Both the position numbers and the translations under genes were made by a program. From an uncultured Alphaproteobacteria bacterium (GTDB taxonomy: Bacteria; Pseudomonadota; Alphaproteobacteria; CAAHEQ01; UBA3637): 55,481 bases of DNA. Within the stretch, counting starts at the first letter, position 1. Every line of letters starts with the position of its first letter. The notes beneath the pieces were generated by a model. It was not told the origin of the DNA, did not search any database, and saw only the letters and a list, made by a program, of their open reading frames with translations. The stretch spans positions 1 through 55,481 of the forward strand of contig CASDQF010000036.1 in assembly GCA_949282845.1 (NCBI GenBank), written 5' to 3'. Shown here piece after piece: positions 8,388 to 16,994 of the stretch.

Positions 8388-10505
8388 TTAATTATTTAAT
8401 GTACTACCTATTCCAGATGTTGGCTGTTGTTCAGGCGGAACATGAACCGTTGATTGATCGAAATTCGGATCATTCTTTAATTCTAACTGTTGCTGACGCA
8501 TAGCATCATATTCCGGCGTATTTCCTGTTCCTGTCGATTGCTCTTGTTGAATAGCACTAACATCTGCCACCATTTGCTTATACATTTCGGTCATAGCAAG
8601 ATTTTTTTGAGCATCTGTCATCGTTGTATTAGCTTGTAAAGCTTGTGCTTGGGCCGTATAGTTTTGTACAACAGAACCATAAACCGGAGGTAATTCTGTC
8701 ACAGTAGCAACTGTCGGCGTTCCATTTGAAGAAGAACCAGAGCCCAAGAATTGATCCAAAATATTAGCCCCTGAATTAATGCCGGAAACAATCGAATTAG
8801 CTGCATTAGACATACTAGTCGAACCAGTTGCCGCATATTCTGCATTTCGACCTGCCGCGATCAACTGATAAACAGCTGATTGAACATCTGACATCGTTCC
8901 ACTACCAAATGCGCTTTGAGCCAAACCGCCGATACCCTGTCCAGCTGTTGTTACTGTTGATTTAATATTGGAAATATCATTAAGCATTTGTTGAGCCTGA
9001 TCAGCATATCCAAGATCAACTCCGGTAATTTGTTGAAATGAATTTTCGAGTCCTGTCGCTGTATTTGTTAGATTTCTTAAAAAACCTTCCAAATTATCAA
9101 CATTGCTTGTTCCAATACCCAAAAATTCTAACGCACTATTAAACGTCTCCTCCAACTTTTCACCTGTTGTCTTGGCTGCCCATTCTTTATCAGATATTTC
9201 ATCAATCTTATCTGTAATTGCACCATATTTTTCTTCAAACTCAGTTTCTTTTTGTGCCAGCATCTTATCTTTTTCTTCCTGGCTTAATGCACTTTCTTCA
9301 ATAGTTTTTTTAGTTTGTTCAAATTGTGCCTTTGCTGCATCAGCTTGAGCTTGTAAATCTTGCTTTTCCTTTGCCCATTCCTGTTTTTTCTGTTCTAAAG
9401 CCTGTTCAGCTGCTTTTTGCTTTTCTTGAACTAACTGATTAGCTGCCTCTTTTTGAATTTCAAGTTCTTGCTTTTGAGCTGCTTCAATTTCAGCTTTTGT
9501 TTCAGCCAATTCTGTATCTATTTGCGCTTTAGCCATAGCCTTTTCTTCTTCCGACATATCCGGATTATTATCTATTTCCTCTTTACGCTGAGCTGCGGCC
9601 TCTTCTGCTCTTTCGGTAGCTGTTTTTTCAAGAGAAGCGCGTTCTTGCTCCAAACCTTCCAATTCGCCCATACGAGAAGCTTCCAACTCTTCCAACATAA
9701 AGTTACGTTCTTCTTCGGACAGGCTTTGATCATTTAAAATACTATCCATTTGTTCATTGTAACGTTGATTAACTTCATCTTGAGCGGCTTGATTTTCTGC
9801 GATTGCTTTTTCTTGTTCTCTTTGCTCTGTGGTTTTGCTAAGTTCTTTTTCTTGTTCTTGCAGAGGAGCTAATGCTTCTTGTCGCTTCAATTCATTCTCT
9901 TCCAATAAGAGATCACGCTCTTCATCTGTCAAATTTGGATCATCTAAAATAGCCATCCGCTCAGCATCATATTGCGCATTTATGTCATCCTGCTGAGCTT
10001 TATTAGCTTCTAAATCTTTTTGACGTTGAGCCTCATCAGCAACAGCTTTTTCATGTGCAATGCGATCTTCTTCTTTTTTAACAATTTCCTGATATTTTGC
10101 TTCCTCTGCCGCAATTAATTTAGCTTTTTCATCCTCGGTTAAATTTGGATCTGCTTGAATTTTAGCAATATTCGTATCACGCTCATAAAGAGCCTTATCT
10201 AATTCAGAAACTGTCGTTGGGAAAGAAGTGGCTGTTGAAGGAGACGCAACACCATCCAACTTAATTGTATCTTGAGTTATTTCATGGAAATTTACAGTTT
10301 GCCCCATTAATGCATCATCATAGACATGCAAATTACCGAATTCATAAGGAATATAACTTGAAGAAGATGATGATGATGTTGTTGTTGCTGTCGTCGTAGT
10401 CGATGTTGTCGTTGATGTATCAGTCGTCGGCTGTGCCATTACACCTTCTGAAACGCTTAATAAACCAACAGTTAAAATTGTTGTCAGCAATAATTTATTC
10501 TTCAT
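8388..10505 (-). CDS. secreted 705-aa protein: signal peptide, Thr/Ser run, acidic coiled-coil repeats, Gly/Ser/Ala/Gln-rich C-terminal region
   Basis: Signal peptide MKNKLLLTTILTVGLLSVSEGVMA|QP. Run TSTTTSTTTTATTTSSSSSSS. Five degenerate repeats seeded by DPNLTEDEK, DPNLTDEER, DQSLSEEER, NPDMSEEEK and SALSQEEKD within aa 119-440. Confidence 0.8.
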   Translation of the reverse strand: MKNKLLLTTILTVGLLSVSEGVMAQPTTDTSTTTSTTTTATTTSSSSSSSYIPYEFGNLHVYDDALMGQTVNFHEITQDTIKLDGVASPSTATSFPTTVSELDKALYERDTNIAKIQADPNLTEDEKAKLIAAEEAKYQEIVKKEEDRIAHEKAVADEAQRQKDLEANKAQQDDINAQYDAERMAILDDPNLTDEERDLLLEENELKRQEALAPLQEQEKELSKTTEQREQEKAIAENQAAQDEVNQRYNEQMDSILNDQSLSEEERNFMLEELEASRMGELEGLEQERASLEKTATERAEEAAAQRKEEIDNNPDMSEEEKAMAKAQIDTELAETKAEIEAAQKQELEIQKEAANQLVQEKQKAAEQALEQKKQEWAKEKQDLQAQADAAKAQFEQTKKTIEESALSQEEKDKMLAQKETEFEEKYGAITDKIDEISDKEWAAKTTGEKLEETFNSALEFLGIGTSNVDNLEGFLRNLTNTATGLENSFQQITGVDLGYADQAQQMLNDISNIKSTVTTAGQGIGGLAQSAFGSGTMSDVQSAVYQLIAAGRNAEYAATGSTSMSNAANSIVSGINSGANILDQFLGSGSSSNGTPTVATVTELPPVYGSVVQNYTAQAQALQANTTMTDAQKNLAMTEMYKQMVADVSAIQQEQSTGTGNTPEYDAMRQQQLELKNDPNFDQSTVHVPPEQQPTSGIGSTLNN

Positions 10506-10580
10506 GTTCCTCTCCTTATTTCATGTCCTTCTTTTAGAATAGCTCTTTTTAGGGGAACTGTCAATAAATTCTCTCATTTT

Positions 10581-10611
10581 AAAGGCCTTCTTTCACGAAA
10601 AGAAGGCCTTT
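10581..10611 (-). terminator. hairpin downstream of infC
   Basis: 12-bp stem aaaggccttctt / aagaaggccttt with a 7-nt loop. The T-tract on the minus strand is weak (TTTAAAATG). Confidence 0.5.
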
Positions 10612-10616
10612 AAAAA

Positions 10617-11180
10617 CTATTTAGATGAGGCTGGACTGACTAACATTCCCATCGCTTTTCCCTCAAGCTTAGGTTCCTGTTCAACTTTACCAATTTCGAT
10701 TAAATCTGTTTTAATTCTATTTAACACATCCAAGCCTTGGTCTTGATAAGATAATTCTCGTCCTCGGAACTTAAGCGTAAACTTGACTTTATTTCCTTCT
10801 GCCAAAAAACGTTTCGCACTTTTAAGTTTTACTTCATAGTCATGTGTATCAATCATCGGAGTTAATTTTAGTTCTTTTACTTCAACGACTTTTTGCTTTT
10901 TCTTGGCTTCATTTTTACGCTTTTGCATTTCATATTTATACTTACCTAAGTCTAATATTTTGCAAACAGGTGGAACAGAATTGGGTGAAATTTCAACCAA
11001 GTCTAATCCTTCTTCTCTGGCCTTTGTTAAAGCCTCACGTGTAGAAACAACCCCTACATTATTTCCGTTAGAAAGGATTAAACGCACTTCTCTGGCGGAA
11101 ATTTTTTCATTTGCTCTTGGACCTTCGTCATTCATCGGTTCAAACGCATTATTATTTTCGATAACTATTGTAGCCTCCAT
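10617..11180 (-). CDS. infC: translation initiation factor IF-3
   Basis: ISAREVRLI...VGVVSTREAL..A.EEGLDLVEISPN..PPVCKILDLGKYKYE plus a C-domain EVKELKL...HDYEVK. The true start is uncertain because IF-3 often uses a non-ATG start. Confidence 0.93.
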   Translation of the reverse strand: MEATIVIENNNAFEPMNDEGPRANEKISAREVRLILSNGNNVGVVSTREALTKAREEGLDLVEISPNSVPPVCKILDLGKYKYEMQKRKNEAKKKQKVVEVKELKLTPMIDTHDYEVKLKSAKRFLAEGNKVKFTLKFRGRELSYQDQGLDVLNRIKTDLIEIGKVEQEPKLEGKAMGMLVSPASSK

Positions 11181-11278
11181 TTGATTATTAACACATATCA
11201 GAAAGAGAATCTCTTTCTGTTGTTATAGAATACTTATTTTTTTGACAGAATCAACTTTTTTTATATATACTCATATTC

Positions 11279-13072
11279 ATGAAATGGATTTTTACATTTT
11301 TTATTCTTTTCTTCTCTTTTTGCGCTACCGCGCAGGAAGAACAATTACCATCTTCTATCTTATCTGTTGCTGAATTTGTGGAAAAAACAAAAAATCAACT
11401 TCAAGCAGCTCAAAAAAGCTCTTCTGAAGATCTTTATCAACAAGCTCCTTCTTGGACAACCGCGCTTTATGCTGATGAGAAATCGATGAGCCCTATTACA
11501 GGGACAGAAGGAGCGACTCCTTGGACACAAACAACATTCGGTCGCATCCGCTTACTGACATGTCATACAGGAACTCAAAATTTAAATAATCTATGGTTAA
11601 CCTTAGATACCGAAATGAAAACAGGATGGTCTATTCACATTCCTCAACTCGTTATCCGTCCAACACCACAAATTACAAAAGTACAAGTTTTTATTCCTAA
11701 ACTCCCTCCTTTCGATGGCAAAACACCTAAGCAGTTTGTTAAAAGCGCCTCTTTCCCTGTCCATTTACAGTTCACCGAAACTGAAGCACCTTTAACCATA
11801 AATATGGACACAAGTTTTGAAGCCTGTTTTCAAAATAATTGCCAAATAATCCAATCACCGATTTCAATCACTCTTCCTCATACGCAAAGTAAACCTTCTC
11901 CTTTTTGCCCATATATCCGTCGTTCAATGACGTATGTACCTCCAGAAGCCTCAAAAGAAGAGTTATTTTTTTTCCTAACACCGGAAAATTATTTACAAAT
12001 TCGGGCCTCTTTTGAAAAAAAAGCTATTCAACCTCAAGTCTTATTGACACAAGGAAAGCAAATTTTTTATCAGATGTTATCTCAAGAAATTGCTCAAAAT
12101 AAAGTTAATATAACTCTTTTGCCTCAAAATTGGTCTCCGACTGATCCCATTACGGTGACAATCCTAAACAGACGACAAATAATGGAAAAAACAATGATTC
12201 CTTCCCCGGGAAGAGCACCAAATTTGTCTTTCTCTTTTCCTCAACCTCATAAAACATTACCTTTTATTCTTTTCTTTTTAACAACTCCTTTAATGTCTTA
12301 CCTTCTACATGTTTTCTTTAAAAATGAATACATAACTCGTCGAAAAAGTCTTTTCATTGCTTGCGTTTATATTTTAAGTGGTGTTTTATTCCAATTTCTT
12401 TTTCATTATCTATCTAATGAACATCTTTATGAGTCGCTATTTTGGGCTTGGTCAATGGGCATAATTTTCATATTGGCTGCTTTTTTCATACGACATTTGA
12501 CTCTTTTATCCTTTATTACCCTAACTTTTTTAACTCCTCTCATCTATCTTTATCCTCTGATACAATGCGCTGAAAATTGGCTTTTTATTCAACTAGCTTG
12601 TATAGCTGCTCTCCCTTATTTATTATTTGCTTACGCCCCATCATTAGGCGTTAACTGGAGTCGCTTCACACAAAAGTTATCCCCTTTATGGAAACGCCTC
12701 CCTCTACTAGCAAATGCTGCCGTTTGGGCGTTGATACTACTTTGCTTAGTTTATCACACACTTGTGCCTACCCAAATATCTCAAAAAAACCCTCAAGCAG
12801 AACTAACACTTATCAGCCCACCTTGGCATATCAAAGGAACTCTTTTTGATATAACCGCCACACAATTAAGCACGGGAAAAGAGTTACAAAAGAAAGGCAT
12901 ATTATCAATCAAAAGACAAACCCCTCAATCAAAAATAGATATTCAAACAGAAACAATACCTCTTTTCCCTTTTGCTCTTTTAAAAGGGGAAAAACTATCA
13001 GAACCACTTATTTTAAAACCGACTTTATCAACTTATCAACTGACAGATTATTTTAATTCTGCTTTTAAATGA
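11279..13072 (+). CDS. DsbD/ScsB-like membrane protein: N-terminal DsbD-alpha-like domain, polytopic membrane core, degenerate thioredoxin-like tail
   Basis: Signal peptide MKWIFTFFILFFSFCATA|QEE. GWSIH..P and EACFQNNCQIIQSP resemble the DsbD N-terminal domain. Several hydrophobic helices span aa 320-500. Positions expected to read TPC.LP and WC..C read TTPLMS, LTPLIY and PPWHIKG. Confidence 0.45.
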   Translation: MKWIFTFFILFFSFCATAQEEQLPSSILSVAEFVEKTKNQLQAAQKSSSEDLYQQAPSWTTALYADEKSMSPITGTEGATPWTQTTFGRIRLLTCHTGTQNLNNLWLTLDTEMKTGWSIHIPQLVIRPTPQITKVQVFIPKLPPFDGKTPKQFVKSASFPVHLQFTETEAPLTINMDTSFEACFQNNCQIIQSPISITLPHTQSKPSPFCPYIRRSMTYVPPEASKEELFFFLTPENYLQIRASFEKKAIQPQVLLTQGKQIFYQMLSQEIAQNKVNITLLPQNWSPTDPITVTILNRRQIMEKTMIPSPGRAPNLSFSFPQPHKTLPFILFFLTTPLMSYLLHVFFKNEYITRRKSLFIACVYILSGVLFQFLFHYLSNEHLYESLFWAWSMGIIFILAAFFIRHLTLLSFITLTFLTPLIYLYPLIQCAENWLFIQLACIAALPYLLFAYAPSLGVNWSRFTQKLSPLWKRLPLLANAAVWALILLCLVYHTLVPTQISQKNPQAELTLISPPWHIKGTLFDITATQLSTGKELQKKGILSIKRQTPQSKIDIQTETIPLFPFALLKGEKLSEPLILKPTLSTYQLTDYFNSAFK

Positions 13073-13500
13073 AGCTCTTCAATAAAACGACGAGCCAAAA
13101 AATCGACGCGTTCATTTTCCGGATGACCATTGTGTCCTTTAACCCAAACCCAAGTCAAGCGATGTGGAAGACTAAGCTTTAATAGTTCTTGCCATAGCTC
13201 AATATTTGCTACCGGCTTTTTAGCTGAACTTTTCCAATTTTTAGCAACCCATCCGGGAAGCCATTGAGTAAATCCTTTTAAAACATAAGTGCTATCTGTA
13301 TAAATCGTTGCATCAACAGGCTCCTTAAGCTGTCGAAGAGCTTCAATAACCGCCGTTAGCTCCATCTGATTGTTAGTCGTTTCCTCAGAACCACCAAACA
13401 TTTCTTTTTCTTTTCCCTTATAGCGCATCAAAACCCCCCACCCACCGGGTCCTGGATTACCGCTACAAGCACCATCTGTATAAATCTCTACTTTCTTCAT
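13048..13500 (-). CDS. rnhA: ribonuclease HI
   Basis: IYTDGACSGNPGPGGWG, TTNNQMELTA, YTDSTYV, WVKGHNGHPENERVD. Its 3' end overlaps the convergent gene by 25 nt. Confidence 0.95.
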   Translation of the reverse strand: MKKVEIYTDGACSGNPGPGGWGVLMRYKGKEKEMFGGSEETTNNQMELTAVIEALRQLKEPVDATIYTDSTYVLKGFTQWLPGWVAKNWKSSAKKPVANIELWQELLKLSLPHRLTWVWVKGHNGHPENERVDFLARRFIEELHLKAELK

Positions 13501-13761
13501 GTCTTGAAGATGACCGATTTTTTACCTATATTCAAGTATAAAGATAAAAAATCTTATTTTAGGTCATATACTTTACACCATAATCTAAAATTTAGATTGT
13601 CTTATCTCTAAAAAAATAGCAATATAACAGGAAGAAAATATTATAAAATTCCCATTCTTATTGGATGTTTTTTATAAGCTAATGCATTTTAATATAAATT
13701 TTTTTTATTTTTTTTTAAAAAATACAAGTATAAACACTTTCGAGAAATGAAATAACATAAG

Positions 13762-14130
13762 ATGATAAACAACATGACAAAAGAAAATTTTAGCAAAGTA
13801 TTGGGAAATCGCATTCGGGAGCTCAGGAAGATGAATGGGATGAGCCAATTGGATCTCGCTACAGAAATGGATGTAACCTTAAATACTGTTTCTGGAATCG
13901 AGTGTGGAAAAACTTCACCAAAAATTGAAACATTATGTCGAATGGCATTAGCTTTAGACATTCCATTAGAAGACTTTTTCTCTTTTCCGGAACAATTTCC
14001 TCGTGATAAAAATGTCCGGCGTAAAGTTGAAAACCTTGCTCGTCAACTATTAATATATGACGAGGATTTTATCGACTTAATCATTGAAAACATTCATACG
14101 ATGATGAAAATTAAAGGACCTAGAAAATAG
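13762..14130 (+). CDS. XRE-family helix-turn-helix transcriptional regulator
   Basis: LGNRIRELRKMNGMSQLDLATEMDVTLNTVSGIECGKTSPKIETLCRMALALDIPLEDFF is a classic HTH_3 pattern. Met5 (13774) is an alternative start. Confidence 0.8.
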   Translation: MINNMTKENFSKVLGNRIRELRKMNGMSQLDLATEMDVTLNTVSGIECGKTSPKIETLCRMALALDIPLEDFFSFPEQFPRDKNVRRKVENLARQLLIYDEDFIDLIIENIHTMMKIKGPRK

Positions 14131-14140
14131 GTCCTTTTTA
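14113..14140. terminator. hairpin shared by the convergent XRE gene and the nrdD-like mini-ORF
   Basis: Stem aaaggacct / aggtccttt followed by ttatttc. It overlaps the XRE stop codon. Confidence 0.55.
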
Positions 14141-14144
14141 TTTC

Positions 14145-14330
14145 TCAAGCGACTTTCTTAGGCGTTATTTTAGAAATATGAAGAGCTTTATTTTCGCTGA
14201 AACAGACACGTTCGGCATATTCGCTTTGCTTTCCTTTATTAAAATGATTAACAGGTCTAAAATATCCCATCACACGCGTCCACACTTCACAAGGTTGACG
14301 TTCTTCATCTTTTAAATGAACAGCACACAT
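14145..14330 (-). CDS. free-standing 61-aa protein resembling the C-terminal glycyl-radical segment of anaerobic ribonucleotide reductase NrdD
   Basis: TRVMGYFRPVNHFNKGKQSEYAERV matches my recollection of the NrdD C-terminal pattern RV.GY..(P)...(F/W)N.GK..E...R. A strong RBS GGGAGG lies 6 nt before the ATG. There is no upstream NrdD coding sequence, since 14331..14511 is AT-rich and non-coding. Confidence 0.55.
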   Translation of the reverse strand: MCAVHLKDEERQPCEVWTRVMGYFRPVNHFNKGKQSEYAERVCFSENKALHISKITPKKVA

Positions 14331-14511
14331 TTTTTCCTCCCTAAAATTTACTTCATTTTACAATATAACATAAAGAGTTAAAAAAAACGTTAATTTAAAA
14401 ATCTTTAAAACTTTATAGTTATGTAGATAAGTATTGTTTTTCCTTCTTAAATGATATATATCTTTATTAACTTAGGTAATAAAAAATATTTTTATCATTA
14501 GGAGAAAAGAT

Positions 14512-16185
14512 ATGCCTGATAAAAAAAACACACTTCAAATTGGACGGAGTATGATTGAAATCATCGCTGTTTTAGCGATTATTGGTATTTTAACTGCTCT
14601 TAGCCTAACTTTATATAGCTATTTAATCAACAAACACCGCGCTAATAACACAATTTATGATACAATGTTACGTGCTACTAATGTCCCAATGTATTATGAG
14701 ACATATAAAGAGGCAAACGAAGGTACTCTTTTTAATTTCCCTGACCTAGGCCCAACGACACCAGACTCCTATCCAACTCAAGCCATTCGTGAACCCTTAA
14801 CATCTCCCTACATTTTCCGAGTAGAAGTAAGTGCTATTCCTAATGAAGTTTGTCGACATTTGATTGATTTAAATCCAACTGACATAGATCTTATCAAAAT
14901 AAACTCAACAGAAAGGAGCAAACCAGACTCCACATCCGCAGATTGCTCGAAACAAAAATTAAATACCTTCTATTTTTATTTCGAACCGACAACCCCCTCT
15001 TCGCCTGAAGAGGATGACGACATTCAGGAAGGAGGCTGCACAGAAGATTCTTGTGAAAATTGTCATTTCTGTGATTCAGAAAGTGGGCAGTGCGTGCGTG
15101 AAGATTGCCCAATTCTAACCTGTCCGACAGGTTCTTATGCAACAGGTGTCGATGATTGCAACTGTATTATATCTTGTCAAGATTGCCCCGAGTTTACGCC
15201 ATGTAATACTTGTTTTGATACTCTATATGACGCAAAAGGTTGTCCCACGGGTTGTACTCCCAGTACCTCTCATGAATGTTTATGTCCGGATGAACCTGTG
15301 TCTTGTAACCCTTTGTGCGAGACAGAAGGACAAGATAATAACGGCTGTCGAACATGTACTTCTTTATGTACAGAATCATGCACAGTCTGTGGAGAAAATG
15401 GATGTGAAGCAAGTGATGCTCCAGAATGTCAGTGTCCGGAAGGATGTGATGCTTGTGAACAATGCGTCAACGGTGTATGTCAATTTATGTGTGGAGCAGA
15501 GGAAGTTTGCAACAGCGAAGGAACATGCGTGCACTGTCCGTTAATTTTAAATGAAGGCAGAACTTGTCCTGATAATGGTCAGGGCGCTCTCTACATTACT
15601 TGGTGTCATAAAGAATCTTTAGGAGATAACAGCTGTGGTTGTTGCATATCTTGTCCTGGAGAAGGAGTAGCTTATGCTTTCAAACGAAATCCAGAGTCGC
15701 CAGAAGAGTGTTGTTTTGAAGAAGTTATTCAAAAATCAAATGGAGAATGGATGTGCTGCTCATCAGATTCATCTCTTTATGATATGAAATATGCATCTGG
15801 TTACCGCTTTGACAGCAATGATAATCCTTATCTTGTAAGCCCAGCTCTTATTGATACTTTGTGTTGTAAAGCATCACCTCTTTGTCAATGGGGCTTGGAT
15901 TACAAAGGAATAGAGATTTGTTATAGGCCTTATCAATGCTGCCCAGAAGGTTCAAAACCGCATATTATTTCGATGGTTGATAGAGGAGAACATGACATCG
16001 AATTTTTTTCAGGATGCTGTGCTGGTACAGTATCATTAAAATATTCTTGCGATTATACAGATTCTGATCCATCCAGTCCCTGTTATTATATTAGCGGCGG
16101 TCATGCTGAGGCTTATACTTGTTCTACTGGGTGGATAGAAGATTGCTCAACTTGTACTTCCTCAGGCTTTTATACGGTAGAATAA
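14512..16185 (+). CDS. prepilin-type N-terminal domain protein fused to a very cysteine-rich C-terminal domain (557 aa)
   Basis: MPDKKNTLQIG|RSMIEIIAVLAIIGILTALS has Glu at +5. A pilin-sized module with 2 Cys occupies aa 1-160, followed by the linker EPTTPSSPEEDDD. From aa 176 the sequence is dense in C-x2-C and CC motifs, with 60 Cys in total by hand count. RBS is AGGAGA. Confidence 0.75.
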   Translation: MPDKKNTLQIGRSMIEIIAVLAIIGILTALSLTLYSYLINKHRANNTIYDTMLRATNVPMYYETYKEANEGTLFNFPDLGPTTPDSYPTQAIREPLTSPYIFRVEVSAIPNEVCRHLIDLNPTDIDLIKINSTERSKPDSTSADCSKQKLNTFYFYFEPTTPSSPEEDDDIQEGGCTEDSCENCHFCDSESGQCVREDCPILTCPTGSYATGVDDCNCIISCQDCPEFTPCNTCFDTLYDAKGCPTGCTPSTSHECLCPDEPVSCNPLCETEGQDNNGCRTCTSLCTESCTVCGENGCEASDAPECQCPEGCDACEQCVNGVCQFMCGAEEVCNSEGTCVHCPLILNEGRTCPDNGQGALYITWCHKESLGDNSCGCCISCPGEGVAYAFKRNPESPEECCFEEVIQKSNGEWMCCSSDSSLYDMKYASGYRFDSNDNPYLVSPALIDTLCCKASPLCQWGLDYKGIEICYRPYQCCPEGSKPHIISMVDRGEHDIEFFSGCCAGTVSLKYSCDYTDSDPSSPCYYISGGHAEAYTCSTGWIEDCSTCTSSGFYTVE

Positions 16186-16222
16186 TGGGGAAAAGTAGTG
16201 AACAATTATCAAAATGATGCTT

Positions 16223-16241
16223 TGAGGCTTTTAAAGCCTCA
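16223..16241 (+). terminator. hairpin after the Cys-rich pilin gene
   Basis: Palindrome tgaggct-tttaa-agcctca 38 nt after the stop codon. There is no clean T-run. Confidence 0.35.
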
Positions 16242-16490
16242 TAATAATTCTCTATGATATTTCGTTCAAATAGAGGGAATTCTGAGAAAACTTTTAAAAA
16301 TTTTAAAGAGTTATAAAATAGAGCTTTACTCAATAAGTCTGTTTTATTCCAGAACCTAAGGTTAAATAGAGTGTTTATTCTGAAAGAAAACCACAGAGAT
16401 AATTTGAATAAAACATAAAAAAATACATATAACTACATTATAAAAATTACATCTATAGAAAAAGTTCAAAAAGAAAATATTGGCATTGTT

Positions 16491-16515
16491 AAAAAACCCC
16501 TGTAAAAAACAGGGG
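16491..16515 (-). terminator. rho-independent terminator after ptsN
   Basis: Stem cccctgt / acagggg. On the minus strand it is followed by TTTTTT (plus-strand A-run 16491..16496). Confidence 0.7.
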
Positions 16516-16532
16516 CTTTTCATAAATTTCAC

Positions 16533-16988
16533 CTATTCATCAGCATCTGCTGTTTGAATAACTTTCAACGTTTCTTCTTTTGTTTTCGCGGAACGCAGCT
16601 GAGCACAAACATCTTCATTACGTAATAATTTAGAAATTCGTGCCAAAGCTTTTAAATGATCTGCACCAGATTCTTCCGGCACTAATAAGAAAAAGATTAA
16701 ATCTACGGGCTTTCCGTCTATTGCCTCGAAGTCCAAAGGTTTTGTCCGCATAAAAGCACAAAATAAATCTTTTAAGCCTGGTAACCTGGCGTGAGGAATA
16801 GCAACACCTTTTCCAATTCCTGTTGTTCCCAAACGTTCTCTTTCAATTAAAGCATCAAAAACCGCTTGATGTTCACATCCAGTTAAAGGAGCAGAAACCT
16901 CAGCCACTTCTTCGAGTGCTTGCTTCTTTGAAGCCGCCTCCACATCTAAAAAGACAAGATTAGGCTTTAAAATATCCACAATTTTCAT
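16533..16988 (-). CDS. ptsN: PTS IIA-like nitrogen regulatory protein PtsN (EIIA-Ntr)
   Basis: ERERLGTTGIGKGVAIPHARL contains the active-site His motif. 151 aa, located immediately downstream of hpf. Confidence 0.92.
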   Translation of the reverse strand: MKIVDILKPNLVFLDVEAASKKQALEEVAEVSAPLTGCEHQAVFDALIERERLGTTGIGKGVAIPHARLPGLKDLFCAFMRTKPLDFEAIDGKPVDLIFFLLVPEESGADHLKALARISKLLRNEDVCAQLRSAKTKEETLKVIQTADADE

Positions 16989-16994
16989 GAGAAC

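Noticed and set aside
10356-10427. Trinucleotide-like repeats (gat/gtt/gtc runs) encoding the Thr/Ser tract, considered as a phase-variation switch
   Set aside because: The repeats are imperfect and in units of three. Slippage would only change tract length in frame and would not switch the gene on or off.
13689-13961. 90-aa minus-strand ORF overlapping the XRE regulator start
   Set aside because: It is antisense to a gene with a textbook HTH motif. Its translation is Phe/Leu/Lys-rich, as expected from AT-rich promoter DNA.
15137-15544. 135-aa and other overlapping ORFs inside the Cys-rich pilin gene (15137..15544 plus strand, 14894..15142 and 15194..15412 minus strand)
   Set aside because: These are alternative-frame artefacts of a TGY/GAR-rich coding region. 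They have no RBS, and the main frame has clear protein features across the whole span.
16124-16333. 69-aa minus-strand ORF downstream of the Cys-rich pilin gene
   Set aside because: It overlaps the 3' end of the pilin gene and its terminator hairpin. Its AT-rich composition yields an implausible peptide, and it has no RBS.
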